This document shows positions 1 through 9,351 of a DNA stretch of 64,000 nucleotides, one piece after another. The first letter of the stretch is position 1. Each line of letters opens with the position of its first letter. The notes under the pieces are model-generated. The model did not search any database, was not told the origin of the DNA, and saw nothing but the letters and a program-made list of their open reading frames with translations. The stretch lies in IMG/VR virus record IMGVR_UViG_3300009510_000002. One strand, 5' to 3'. This DNA is from a virus. A program made the position numbers and the translations under genes.

Positions 1-176
1 AGTACTTCGCGTACTACGTTATGGGCAAGAGTTAAAGACCTACCAGGGGATGCGTAGCTAGTCCCGTGCTCTAGAACCGGACGATTAAACATCTTTAAAG
101 GGGTTAAGGAAGTGTCGTCTGGAGAGTACCGACCCATAACATTGTCAAAGCTCACATTACCCCGAAAGGGAGTTTG

Positions 177-201
177 GTGAGTACCAAGACTTGGTACTCA
201 C
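177..201. promoter_or_regulatory. Perfect 12+1+12 palindrome GTGAGTACCAAG-A-CTTGGTACTCAC, candidate operator
   Basis: Read directly. It lies about 50 nt upstream of the ATG at 254. The 1-nt centre is too short for an RNA loop, so a dimeric protein site is more likely. Confidence 0.35.
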
Positions 202-253
202 ATATCATACTTATTCTCGCAGAAACCAAGTTAGTTCAAAGAAGAAGGGAAAA

Positions 254-718
254 ATGAGCAAAGTTAAAGAAGCACTCTCCTTAGACACTCAAGAAGTGCA
301 GAATATAGTCAACTCTCTCAACAGAGAGCGTCCAAAAAACTTAATTAAGCAGTATCAGAATGATCTCGCCGAATGGGTCATCCCAAAGTTTCCTCATTTG
401 GGGACTCAAGCGATCGCGGACTCCTTGGCTACTGACCCCCTACCCGCCTTTAAGGAGGTAGTGAAGAGTATGTCTTTGCTGGAATTACAGGAAGTAATAG
501 AGTACGAAACTCCAACTGGCATCGGACAATACATAGCCTCCGGAATCGTTAATGCAGCTGACTTCCTGACACTAGGTTTGGTGGGGAAAGCTATGTACGG
601 GCTGCTAGAGTGGTATTTTGGATTCAAGGTAATTAAGATCTCTAGTAAAAAGCTTGAGCCACTGAAGAGAGCATTGGTCTACATAGCTCTCCTAGAACTG
701 GTAGGAGAGAATAAATAG
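254..718 (+). CDS. hypothetical protein
   Basis: Same frame as ORF-track 191..718. First ATG at 254 follows purine-rich AAGAAGGGAAAA. No recognisable motif. Confidence 0.55.
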   Translation: MSKVKEALSLDTQEVQNIVNSLNRERPKNLIKQYQNDLAEWVIPKFPHLGTQAIADSLATDPLPAFKEVVKSMSLLELQEVIEYETPTGIGQYIASGIVNAADFLTLGLVGKAMYGLLEWYFGFKVIKISSKKLEPLKRALVYIALLELVGENK

Positions 719-778
719 CAGTTCAGGTCACACATATCACACATAACCAAGTTAATTCAGTTAATTCAAAGGAAAATC

Positions 779-1399
779 ATGCTTTATCTTGTTACTTCCA
801 GACCTGAAGTAATAGAAGAGATACGTAAGTCTCATCCTTGTAATATTATCGCAGTCGGCGAACCCATAGCAGGGATTGAGCCAAGGGTAGAACATGGGGA
901 TGTCTTCTACTGGAAAAGTGGTAAAAAAGACATCCAGATTGATGAAATGCCTTTCCCGGTACATTCTTCCCGTCTCGCTTGGGAAGATGGGCCACAAGTC
1001 AAATACAAATCGCAATACCCGTGTATTGCAGCATCCAAGCTTACTGTGGAAAATTATGTCACTGCTGCTTGGATGCAATTGACAAGAGCAGAGATTGTCG
1101 AAAACCTTGATCGCCTGAGAGCGATCGCCTACTTCTCCCAAGGGAACATAATCCCACCTCCAGAGCTACACTACCTTGAAAGCTTTGCGTTGGGGGTACT
1201 GGAATTCTTGGAGCGAGAACAACAGGAGGTCGAAGAACACCGAAGACAACTAGAGCATTGGTCTGCCAGCCTTCCGGGTCTGGGAGCAACTGATGCAAGA
1301 ATCGAAACAAACGAGGAGCTAGTTAACTCGGGATATTTCGCAGTTAGGACCGATTTTTTGGTGGAAGCTTGCACAGGTTATAGGGGATGGGAGGTTTAA
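779..1399 (+). CDS. hypothetical protein
   Basis: 206-aa ORF in a co-directional gene string. The antisense ORFs here are shorter and low complexity. Confidence 0.6.
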   Translation: MLYLVTSRPEVIEEIRKSHPCNIIAVGEPIAGIEPRVEHGDVFYWKSGKKDIQIDEMPFPVHSSRLAWEDGPQVKYKSQYPCIAASKLTVENYVTAAWMQLTRAEIVENLDRLRAIAYFSQGNIIPPPELHYLESFALGVLEFLEREQQEVEEHRRQLEHWSASLPGLGATDARIETNEELVNSGYFAVRTDFLVEACTGYRGWEV

Positions 1400-1656
1400 T
1401 CATGGTCAAACTGAAAGATAAGTTTTGTGCAAATGTGGATCAATTCGTTGATTCACTCGGTATTAATTCAATTGGCAAAGATGAATTAGAGAGAAGGGCG
1501 ATCGCGTGGTTGCAAGACACCACCGATTGGGAAAGTGTCTTCTACTCTGAGAAAGAGTGCGAAGAGTATATTAATGAAATCCTCAAGCAGGAATTCATTA
1601 ATTACTTGCAAGAAGAGTTCAAATATCTACTTACATTTACCATAGGTGCAAGATGA
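1387..1656 (+). CDS. hypothetical protein
   Basis: 89-aa ORF overlapping neighbours at start and stop (operon-style coupling). Alternative ATG at 1402. Confidence 0.5.
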   Translation: MGGLIMVKLKDKFCANVDQFVDSLGINSIGKDELERRAIAWLQDTTDWESVFYSEKECEEYINEILKQEFINYLQEEFKYLLTFTIGAR

Positions 1657-2090
1657 CTGAAGTTAATCATCCCAAAAGATTGGTAGAACTCTATCGCGCC
1701 TTCTACCGTGCAGATAAGCAGTATGATCCAACTGCAAGGAAGGCAGTACAACCAGTCGCCGAGGGAATTGAGATAATAATTGAAGCTGATCCCAGTTTCA
1801 GAAACCCCGACACCTTGACTGATGCTGTCGCGGGTAGATTAGGTAGGCTAATGGCTCAAATTCACACCTCAACAGGTGCGTTGGGGCGGTGGGTTATAGA
1901 AGACTCCGCACAAGAGAGGGAAGCTATTCTAGCTTTTGCCTCGTATTTGGTAAAAGATGTTTTTTATGGAGCATTCCAAGGAAGATTGGATTTGTTCCAC
2001 GGAAGGCAAGCTGATTTGCTTCGTAATACCTGCGAGCTAATTTACCGCCAAATACAGGACAAAGAGAATAGAGAATACGGAGAACAATAA
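1653..2090 (+). CDS. hypothetical protein
   Basis: ATGA start/stop overlap with the previous ORF. 145 aa. Confidence 0.6.
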   Translation: MTEVNHPKRLVELYRAFYRADKQYDPTARKAVQPVAEGIEIIIEADPSFRNPDTLTDAVAGRLGRLMAQIHTSTGALGRWVIEDSAQEREAILAFASYLVKDVFYGAFQGRLDLFHGRQADLLRNTCELIYRQIQDKENREYGEQ

Positions 2091-2159
2091 CTAACACTTG
2101 TAGGCGATCGCACTTTCCCCTGTGGAGGGCGATCGCATCAATAACAAATAGGAGGAGAA

Positions 2160-2498
2160 ATGGTAAATTCATACGGATTCAATGGTGCGATTCCCAAAGG
2201 GGCGATCGCTGCTAAATACAGTATCTACAATGGAGAATTCACTGGAAAGTTTTATTTTCCGCAAGAACTAATACCTGAGAACGATGAAAACTATTCTGTG
2301 GAAGCCCTGTATGGAGTATCTGTTAAAGATGCTCCTGCCTTGCAAAGCAGGAATGATAATTTTAGAGGGGTGTTTCTGATGCCAGAGCAGGCGATCAGCT
2401 ACTCCGATGAATGGGCAGCAGAATATGGCAATAAATATATTGTCCAAGATCTGCTCAATAATGTCGTTATTCACGAATCTAGTGTCAATAACAAATAG
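2160..2498 (+). CDS. hypothetical protein, paralog of the C-terminal domain of 3715..4557
   Basis: Strong SD (AATAGGAGGAGAAATG). Shares IPKGAIA..KFYFP..IPE..EGLY..A(I/V)SY..LLNN pattern with aa ~185-280 of 3715..4557. Confidence 0.65.
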   Translation: MVNSYGFNGAIPKGAIAAKYSIYNGEFTGKFYFPQELIPENDENYSVEALYGVSVKDAPALQSRNDNFRGVFLMPEQAISYSDEWAAEYGNKYIVQDLLNNVVIHESSVNNK

Positions 2499-2512
2499 GA
2501 GGAGAGATTAAC

Positions 2513-3307
2513 ATGACAAACGAAGAAATTCTACAAGAATTTAGACTTCTAGCCTCCACACTGAAATATATATCAGGCTCCAGCGAACTGCGAGTTTGTG
2601 CATACCAATATCCGGATCTACAGTACAGTAGGTTCGAGATAATCAAACCTGATGCGATCACAGTTTCAACTGTTAACAAAATTAAGAAACTACAACACGT
2701 AGTAAACCTTAATCTGAAAGACCGAACAGGGTATGACTGGTATCTCGGTTTTGATGTGGTGGATGAGTTAATTGAACTCGCAGATCGCTCTAAGTTTAAG
2801 GTACTAGATCTGAGGGAATTACCCGCCTTGGATATCAGGGGGAAAGAAGAGGTATCTGTCTGGGATTCTTTGCTATATGGTGGTGATTGGACATCAGAGC
2901 CATACAAAAGTGAGTCCATTTGGGATGGCACTGTTAGTAAGCTGACAGATCAGCAAATGGATTTTGTCTGGGAATCATTCCAGCGCCTACTTGATCACCA
3001 TGTAGGTAAAGATCATGATGTATTGTTCAGAACAGGGTGGAGGGAAATTTATTCCTACTCAGATACGAAATTCGTAGCTGTAATCTGCCAAGGAATGAAA
3101 AGTAAAGATTTTTTTGATTTGGGAGAAAGATGGGCAAAAATGCAGCCTGAGCACTGTATCCTCTCTGAACCCAATGCTTTTAGCGAACTAGTAATAGACG
3201 GAGACAGTGTGAAAACACTACTCTATCTGCGTAAAGCAGACTATTACAGTACCGAAGAAAGAGAATTTTTACCAAAGATAGAGATTAGGAGGATGTATGA
3301 CAGTTAG
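2513..3307 (+). CDS. hypothetical protein
   Basis: 264-aa ORF preceded by the same AATAACAAATAGGAGGAGA SD block as 2160. Confidence 0.65.
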   Translation: MTNEEILQEFRLLASTLKYISGSSELRVCAYQYPDLQYSRFEIIKPDAITVSTVNKIKKLQHVVNLNLKDRTGYDWYLGFDVVDELIELADRSKFKVLDLRELPALDIRGKEEVSVWDSLLYGGDWTSEPYKSESIWDGTVSKLTDQQMDFVWESFQRLLDHHVGKDHDVLFRTGWREIYSYSDTKFVAVICQGMKSKDFFDLGERWAKMQPEHCILSEPNAFSELVIDGDSVKTLLYLRKADYYSTEEREFLPKIEIRRMYDS

Positions 3308-3503
3308 AGCAAAAGCATTGGTAGCCCTGAATATTAAGAAAAATCGATTAGTTTGGGCTGGACGGGGCGAACAACCTAACGCCGATTTCCCACTCGGATC
3401 AGAGATTGGGGAAGTAGTTATAGGTAGTTCTGGTGAAAACTATGTACAGATCAAAAACGAGAGGGGGACGTTCTTTGTGTCCCATGCTGATTACATCTGC
3501 TAG
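3297..3503 (+). CDS. hypothetical protein
   Basis: 68-aa ORF overlapping the previous stop, preceded by AGGAGG. Confidence 0.5.
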   Translation: MTVRAKALVALNIKKNRLVWAGRGEQPNADFPLGSEIGEVVIGSSGENYVQIKNERGTFFVSHADYIC

Positions 3504-3714
3504 ATGCACTAATTAGATGTTCATGCGATCGCTCCTCATGGGTTTACGGATTGGGAGCGATCGCCCTACTAACCAATCTTGCCTGCACGAGTAGGGATTA
3601 ATCCCTCTGTTCAGAACTCCTTGTAAGGGTCAAATTCTTACCAATAAAAGGTTCTAAGACTTTTGAAGGGGATCTACTTGTAAGGGTTTTTTAAATTAAG
3701 GAGAGTCACAAATC

Positions 3715-4557
3715 ATGCTAAGATCATACAGCAGAGCAATTGACTTCAAGGTCGTCTGGGAAGCTACTAAAGCTCTTAGAAGTAATGGCTTCTATGTAGT
3801 CATAGGGAAAATGTTCGACTGCGATTCAGAAATTGCAGCATTAGCCATCTACTCAACACAGACCTATGTATTCGCAGGTTTTGTAAGGTTCGACCAAGGA
3901 TGCCAGATGTACGAAGATGAAAAACGCAATGTACCTAATGTATTTTTCGTCTCTAATAAATATGTTCAGCAAGTCAGGGAGGTTCTTTCCTATGGCGAAA
4001 TACAAGAGAATTTCGATTTTAGCCAATTCCCGCAAAGCTACTACCCAGACATTTTAGACACAACACTGCCTGAAGTATACAGATTCGACTTGGCACAGAT
4101 TTTTAACAGAATTTTGTCTCCTGAACAGGTCAGGAAAGAGTATGAAGAGTATTTGGAAGAAGAGCGGTTGAAGGAGGAAACCAAGAGACAGATAAAAGGA
4201 AACTCAGTGGAGTATATAGAGGATCTGGGAGTGTTAAAAAGTAAGCATTCTTCTAGGGATACTAAAGACATTAAAATCCCTAAAGGTGCGATCGCGGTTG
4301 AGTATAACACAGCAAATAAACGGGTATGTAAATTCTATTTTCCTGGAGACAAGATACCTGAATCCATTGGTATGTTTCGGGTAGAGGGGTTATACCAAGT
4401 CACGACGTTTATTCAGTGCGAAGATGAGGAAGATCCTGAAAGGATATTTTTATACCCACAAGATGCTGTCAGCTATTGTGATAGCTTGAGTGATGAAAGT
4501 GGTAAGAAATGTTTCGTCAGAAATATGTTGAATAACAACTATATTTACGAAACGTGA
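3715..4557 (+). CDS. hypothetical protein (C-terminal domain paralogous to 2160..2498)
   Basis: 280-aa ORF with SD AAGGAGAG upstream. C-terminal ~100 aa aligns by eye with 2160..2498. Confidence 0.65.
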   Translation: MLRSYSRAIDFKVVWEATKALRSNGFYVVIGKMFDCDSEIAALAIYSTQTYVFAGFVRFDQGCQMYEDEKRNVPNVFFVSNKYVQQVREVLSYGEIQENFDFSQFPQSYYPDILDTTLPEVYRFDLAQIFNRILSPEQVRKEYEEYLEEERLKEETKRQIKGNSVEYIEDLGVLKSKHSSRDTKDIKIPKGAIAVEYNTANKRVCKFYFPGDKIPESIGMFRVEGLYQVTTFIQCEDEEDPERIFLYPQDAVSYCDSLSDESGKKCFVRNMLNNNYIYET

Positions 4558-4635
4558 CTAGTGCCAGAAACCCCCAGATTCATCTGTGGGTTTGAAAAAT
4601 AAACAACAAAATCCCCCACTTATTTGCATGAGTGG

Positions 4636-4680
4636 GGAACTCAGTGGAGTATGTAGAAGATCTGGGTTAAAAAGTGCTTC
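4636..4680 (+). repeat. Displaced partial copy of an internal segment (4198-4250) of gene 3715..4557
   Basis: GGAACTCAGTGGAGTATGTAGAAGATCTGGG---TTAAAAAGTGCTTC versus GGAAACTCAGTGGAGTATATAGAGGATCTGGGAGTGTTAAAAAGTAAGCATTC. Confidence 0.7.
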
Positions 4681-4920
4681 CCAGTCTTGAATGAACTATC
4701 CCCCGATAGAGTTGGATTCCTGACGATATCGGATATAATATGGTTAAAGCACCTAATAAAAGGTGAGGATTGGAACACGTTAATGATCCTGGCTGCGGTC
4801 ATCGCCAAGAAGTTTTTACCTCTTGGCGATGACTATATTGAGGTTCTTGTACAGTCCCATAAACCAAAATCCCCCACTTATGCAAATAAGTGGGGGATTA
4901 GTCGTATTAGAGCATATGTT

Positions 4921-5202
4921 CTAATTATAGTAGCAGTTATCAAGAATTCCGTCGTATTTAACGATAATCAAGCGAATGCTTTCAAGCAAAAACTCAACAC
5001 TACATTGTTGTACAGAGTACTTGTTCGATAGCTCCTCAATTATCTCTGACAAATCGTAATCGCTTGGGTTGCCGGGATCTGCATCCATCCAAAATTGATG
5101 GATATCCTCACCAATCTGGCTGTTGTCTAAATAAACTTCCCCTTCCGCGATCGCCATCAACAGACGACGTTCTTTGATTGAAACTATTTGAGGATGTGGC
5201 AT
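4921..5202 (-). CDS. hypothetical acidic protein
   Basis: 93-aa ORF followed on its strand by hairpin ATCCCCCACTTAT/ATAAGTGGGGGAT plus a T-run (4866-4897). Competes with the less protein-like + strand ORF 4687..5031. Confidence 0.4.
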   Translation of the reverse strand: MPHPQIVSIKERRLLMAIAEGEVYLDNSQIGEDIHQFWMDADPGNPSDYDLSEIIEELSNKYSVQQCSVEFLLESIRLIIVKYDGILDNCYYN

Positions 5203-5387
5203 ATAATTACTGTAAATCTAGGTACACCATGTTCGCACCCACCCATTTTTTTAGTGGGTGATTTTTTATGTCTTAAATCTAACTCAATATGTATATATTC
5301 GTCAAGTATAAATACTTTAGCAAACTATTTCACTTTCCTAAAAAAATACCAACTAACATAGAAGTGTAAACTTTTCCCTCTTAAGAT

Positions 5388-5669
5388 ATGCTGCGAAAGT
5401 TACACCTCATAAGGCTAAAAAAGCCACACCAAATTAACTATACGGTGATGTTACTAATAACACTTCTAGCTATTTTAGGTACTACCAAGTGGCATATTGT
5501 CTATTCTTCAACCTCAAATAAACCAAATGGTTGGGAGGTCGAGACTTACCCCGATAAGCTGTGGCCATATACGACAACGTTATTATTTAGCCTTGGTATA
5601 CCCTTTGATAGCATCAACAAGGAAAAAATAGTTAAGCTCATCTCTGCTATCTCAGCATTATATAAATAG
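5388..5669 (+). CDS. hypothetical protein, possible membrane protein
   Basis: 93-aa ORF with a hydrophobic stretch (VMLLITLLAILG). Weak support. Confidence 0.3.
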   Translation: MLRKLHLIRLKKPHQINYTVMLLITLLAILGTTKWHIVYSSTSNKPNGWEVETYPDKLWPYTTTLLFSLGIPFDSINKEKIVKLISAISALYK

Positions 5670-5681
5670 TGGAATATATGT

Positions 5682-6305
5682 GTGATTCAATCAATCTTAA
5701 AAAAGCTGAAAAAAGCTTTACAAAAAACCAAAACTATCGGACAGAAACACCCCAAGGTAATTAAAACGAAATATGGAAAAAAATGCGCGGTCTTCCAAAT
5801 TCATGACCCCCAATTCATCGCCACATTCAGAGTCACACCGTACTCTGTCGAGGTGGGAGATTTTGAGTATATATTCAAAATTCGTATTTTGCCCGGTTTC
5901 GAGGAAGAAATTCTTGGGGAATTCGATGGGGAAGTTATCTCTGTACCATCGGATCTGTCTAAAGATGGCCTGTGTGTATATGAGTTTTCGATACTCGCTT
6001 TATTTCCTAATGGCGCTAGTCGGGTTCTGTATTGTATTTACATCGATTCTTATAATCCCAACCGTACCAGGGTTAGTAGAATCCTCGGCGCCACAGCTAG
6101 GAGGATCGCATATAAATCACTTCAGGTAGTCCACGACCCTAAAAACGGTTTAAGCCACACATGGCGATCGCTGATGGCAGAGAGAAACTGGCTTCTAGAA
6201 CTCAGTGAGGCGATCGCCATGTTTGAAGAATCAGATCCCGATCTCAAAAACCAACACATCAGTACATCGATAGTGCTGATGTATCAAGCGGATTTGTATT
6301 ACTAA
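5682..6305 (+). CDS. hypothetical protein
   Basis: 207-aa ORF with GTG start. The overlapping ORF 5773..6129 looks less protein-like. Confidence 0.5.
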   Translation: MIQSILKKLKKALQKTKTIGQKHPKVIKTKYGKKCAVFQIHDPQFIATFRVTPYSVEVGDFEYIFKIRILPGFEEEILGEFDGEVISVPSDLSKDGLCVYEFSILALFPNGASRVLYCIYIDSYNPNRTRVSRILGATARRIAYKSLQVVHDPKNGLSHTWRSLMAERNWLLELSEAIAMFEESDPDLKNQHISTSIVLMYQADLYY

Positions 6306-6357
6306 CTTTTTTGACATAAGAGTTATCTTTGGTGTTGATAACTCGCAATCAAAAATA

Positions 6358-6570
6358 ATGGGACGAAAGAAACGAAATAAAGATGCAGTAATCCTAAGGA
6401 TTTCACCAGAGAAGCGCGATCGCCTGGAGAAAGCCTTGGTACAGCTAGGTTTCACATATTGTAGAGGTGGAAATCGCTTCGCCTCATGGTCAAAATGGGT
6501 AGAGGCGATCGCAGATGGAGATATAATTTGTTACAAGAAAATCCCCTTAGACATTGACAACGATCAATAA
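6358..6570 (+). CDS. hypothetical small basic protein
   Basis: 70-aa ORF with basic N-terminus MGRKKRNKD. Confidence 0.45.
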   Translation: MGRKKRNKDAVILRISPEKRDRLEKALVQLGFTYCRGGNRFASWSKWVEAIADGDIICYKKIPLDIDNDQ

Positions 6571-6621
6571 CTGATTTACAGTTTCTGTAAGTATTTTCAA
6601 AAATGAAATGAAAGAGGAAAA

Positions 6622-7791
6622 ATGCCAATCGCTGGTTTAAAGCAGAGAACTGAAATAGGCAGAATTAAAATTAAAGTCTACAAAGGTGATCCCAAAAAGA
6701 ATGGGACCACCTTTGGTCCTGACCTAAACGAAAAACTCAGGATTACTACAGGTGATATGGCCTGTATGCACGTACTGAAAAAGTACTATGGTGATGTAAA
6801 GTACGACCAAGTAAATAAACTCTGGCACTTTCACACTGAGTCCATCAATATTTACCTTCCCTATGATCAAGTCACCAAGGTATTTGTTACCGCGATGGAA
6901 AGATGGGATGCTAGTACCTTAAAGCTGAGGTGCGATCGCAATACCATCACCCACGAAATGGTACAAACTAAGGACGCAAAAGGCAATGTTTGCAATAACT
7001 TACTAGAAGTTAACAAAGAATGCCCAGTTGCTGGGGAACATCTAGGGTATGAATGCCCCAACGGATGTGATGCGATCGGTGTTCTGTATTTCTACATCAG
7101 GGAGATAATGGACGAAGGATACCCGCTCATACCCTGCCAGCTAACTACGCACTCCTATGAGGATCTAGTGTATTTTGGGGATGAGGAGGAAGGTCAACTA
7201 GCAAGAATCAAAGAGTGGTTAGGTGGGCTATCGCAATCCCCATTCCCATGCCAAGCCTTTAGCCACTACATTCCCTACACCTTAGGGCGCACGAAAGTTG
7301 ATATTAAGCGACCAGTGCTAGATAACAAGGTGCGGACTGGCAAGAAAGCTGCTGGTGTAACCTTTGCCTTATCTTTGGAGGTTCTGCCTGTATATGTGCA
7401 GCTTTTCCAAGTTTGGCAACACATTCAGAGTCAAAAACAGTATCAGCTTCCGGTTTCTGACAAAATGGTAGCCGGACTGCTTAAGGGTGACATCATCGAC
7501 GTAGATGCTACACCAGTACAAGAAAGGCAGCTACCCCCCGCTGCTACGTCCCAACAACTGCCCCCAGCGGCTTCTTCCACTACTGAAGTTTGGCGTAGCT
7601 GGAGAAATGAGGAAGACGCGATCGCATGGGCGATGGCAGAACTGCCAAATTTCCCCCGTGAGGAGTTAGTTGAAGTATTAGCACAAGTTCTACCAGATCA
7701 ATCTGGTAAAAAAGCACCTGCATTTATGGCGCAGATATTACGATTTCAGCAACAGATTGAGGATCAAGAATATGACGAGAAGGAGTGGTAG
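6622..7791 (+). CDS. hypothetical protein (Cys-rich middle region)
   Basis: 389-aa ORF with SD AAGAGGAAAAATG. No family recognised by eye. Confidence 0.65.
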   Translation: MPIAGLKQRTEIGRIKIKVYKGDPKKNGTTFGPDLNEKLRITTGDMACMHVLKKYYGDVKYDQVNKLWHFHTESINIYLPYDQVTKVFVTAMERWDASTLKLRCDRNTITHEMVQTKDAKGNVCNNLLEVNKECPVAGEHLGYECPNGCDAIGVLYFYIREIMDEGYPLIPCQLTTHSYEDLVYFGDEEEGQLARIKEWLGGLSQSPFPCQAFSHYIPYTLGRTKVDIKRPVLDNKVRTGKKAAGVTFALSLEVLPVYVQLFQVWQHIQSQKQYQLPVSDKMVAGLLKGDIIDVDATPVQERQLPPAATSQQLPPAASSTTEVWRSWRNEEDAIAWAMAELPNFPREELVEVLAQVLPDQSGKKAPAFMAQILRFQQQIEDQEYDEKEW

Positions 7792-8378
7792 TGAGGAATA
7801 AACTAGATCGCTATAACTCACCATTCTGGTATGCAACATACCTGCAAGAAGAGATTCATTTTTACGGAAACATCTTTGAGCCGTGTAACGGTGGGGGGAA
7901 CTTATCTAGGGTTTTAGCCAAAATCCCCCATACAAGGGTTATCACTAACGATATCGATTTAGAAGAGGAAGCTGATTTTCATCTTGATGTCACCGAACCA
8001 TATAGTTGGAAGCATCTACCAGATTGTGATTGGGTGGTCACAAATCCACCCTTTAGTGATGCGTTCCCTATTCTAAAGAACGCCTACCAAAAAGCTACTG
8101 GTGGTGTGGTGATGTTTCTGCGGCAGTCATTTGCAGAACCGACAGGCGATCGCGCCATGTGGCTCTACGAGCACCCACCACACGTTGTCTATGTTTACCC
8201 CCGGTTCAAGTTCAAGATGAACGATAAAGGGAGGTGGCAGACAGACACCAGTACCATTGCTGCCTTTGTGTGGATAAAATTCGCCAAACCACCAAGGCGA
8301 TCAGGTTTGATTAGTGTACCTAAATCGCTAATCAAGGACTATTACGATAACCCCGATAAGGAACCTATCGAACCATGA
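7785..8378 (+). CDS. DNA methyltransferase, amino-MTase type (N6-A or N4-C)
   Basis: Motif I-like FEPCNGGGNL and motif IV VVTNPPFS (NPPF). Confidence 0.7.
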   Translation: MVVRNKLDRYNSPFWYATYLQEEIHFYGNIFEPCNGGGNLSRVLAKIPHTRVITNDIDLEEEADFHLDVTEPYSWKHLPDCDWVVTNPPFSDAFPILKNAYQKATGGVVMFLRQSFAEPTGDRAMWLYEHPPHVVYVYPRFKFKMNDKGRWQTDTSTIAAFVWIKFAKPPRRSGLISVPKSLIKDYYDNPDKEPIEP

Positions 8379-9163
8379 CAACTAAAATCGAGTGGACGCA
8401 GGAGACTTGGAACCCTATTGTAGGGTGTAGTAAAATCTCACCTGGTTGTGTAAACTGCTATGCAATGACAGCGGCGAACCACCCCCGTCTGCAACAATAC
8501 CCCCAGTATCAATCAGTCGCTAAATGGGACGGAACAATTGAGTTTGTACAATCTCAATTGAATAAACCGACGAAGTGGCGATCGCCCAAAAGGATTTTTG
8601 TCTGTTCAATGTCGGACCTATTCCATCCTAATGTTTCGCACGACCAAATACGGATGATAATGAATGTCATCAGGTCGTGCCCACAGCATACCTTTCAGGT
8701 TTTAACTAAGCGGCCAGATAAGATGGCGGAATTTTTTGAAATCAGCGGTGAAAACTCCTACACATTGCCTAATCTGTGGGTGGGCACATCGGTAGAAGAT
8801 AGCAAATCTGCAAAAGCTCGGATTCCCATACTCGCTAAAATACCTGCCGCGATCAGGTTTCTATCCTGCGAACCACTACTAGAGATGGTTGATCTGTCAT
8901 TTATGGGAAAGGAGATTGACTGGGTGATTGTTGGTGGTGAGTCCGGTCCCGATGCCCGCCCTTGTCAAATCAAATGGATAGAGGGAATAGTGCAAGATTG
9001 CAAGAACTCAAAAATCCCAGTATTTGTAAAACAATTAGGAAGCTTTTTCTTGGATGACCCTCATTCTATTCTGTACCCAAAACTTAAGGGTAAGCGATCT
9101 GATTTTGACCTTTTCCCAGATGCTGTACGCTACCGAGAATTCCCAAAACTAAAAAATGCCTGA
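8375..9163 (+). CDS. phage Gp37/Gp68 family protein (DUF5131)
   Basis: N-terminus KIEWTQETWNPIVGCSKISPGCVNCYA is the family signature. Translationally coupled to the MTase gene. Confidence 0.8.
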   Translation: MTTKIEWTQETWNPIVGCSKISPGCVNCYAMTAANHPRLQQYPQYQSVAKWDGTIEFVQSQLNKPTKWRSPKRIFVCSMSDLFHPNVSHDQIRMIMNVIRSCPQHTFQVLTKRPDKMAEFFEISGENSYTLPNLWVGTSVEDSKSAKARIPILAKIPAAIRFLSCEPLLEMVDLSFMGKEIDWVIVGGESGPDARPCQIKWIEGIVQDCKNSKIPVFVKQLGSFFLDDPHSILYPKLKGKRSDFDLFPDAVRYREFPKLKNA

Positions 9164-9347
9164 AAACCTTGATTTTTCTAACCTAGAAACTACTGCACAA
9201 ATCCTATTTAACGCAGTTAGCTCTGTCACAAACTGGAAAGACAGTAATGGTGCTCCAATCCCTAAATGGGATGAACTCTCACCCCAAACTCAAACATTTT
9301 GGGCGATCGCTGCAAACAATTTTTTAATTCTTCCTAGGAGAGAATAG
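9156..9347 (+). CDS. hypothetical protein
   Basis: 63-aa ORF overlapping the previous stop. Confidence 0.45.
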   Translation: MPENLDFSNLETTAQILFNAVSSVTNWKDSNGAPIPKWDELSPQTQTFWAIAANNFLILPRRE

Positions 9348-9351
9348 TCTG

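Noticed and set aside
1-176. Group I intron 3' fragment at the window start
   Set aside because: The idea rests only on a 9-nt resemblance (TCCCGTGCT) to phage intron cores and a GAAA tetraloop. No P7/P3/P9 pairing could be built by eye, and no downstream exon frame is evident.
4687-5031. Track ORF 4687..5031 (+)
   Set aside because: It reads through a perfect 11-bp hairpin, overlaps the more protein-like minus-strand ORF 4921..5202 and starts inside duplication debris. The region remains ambiguous.
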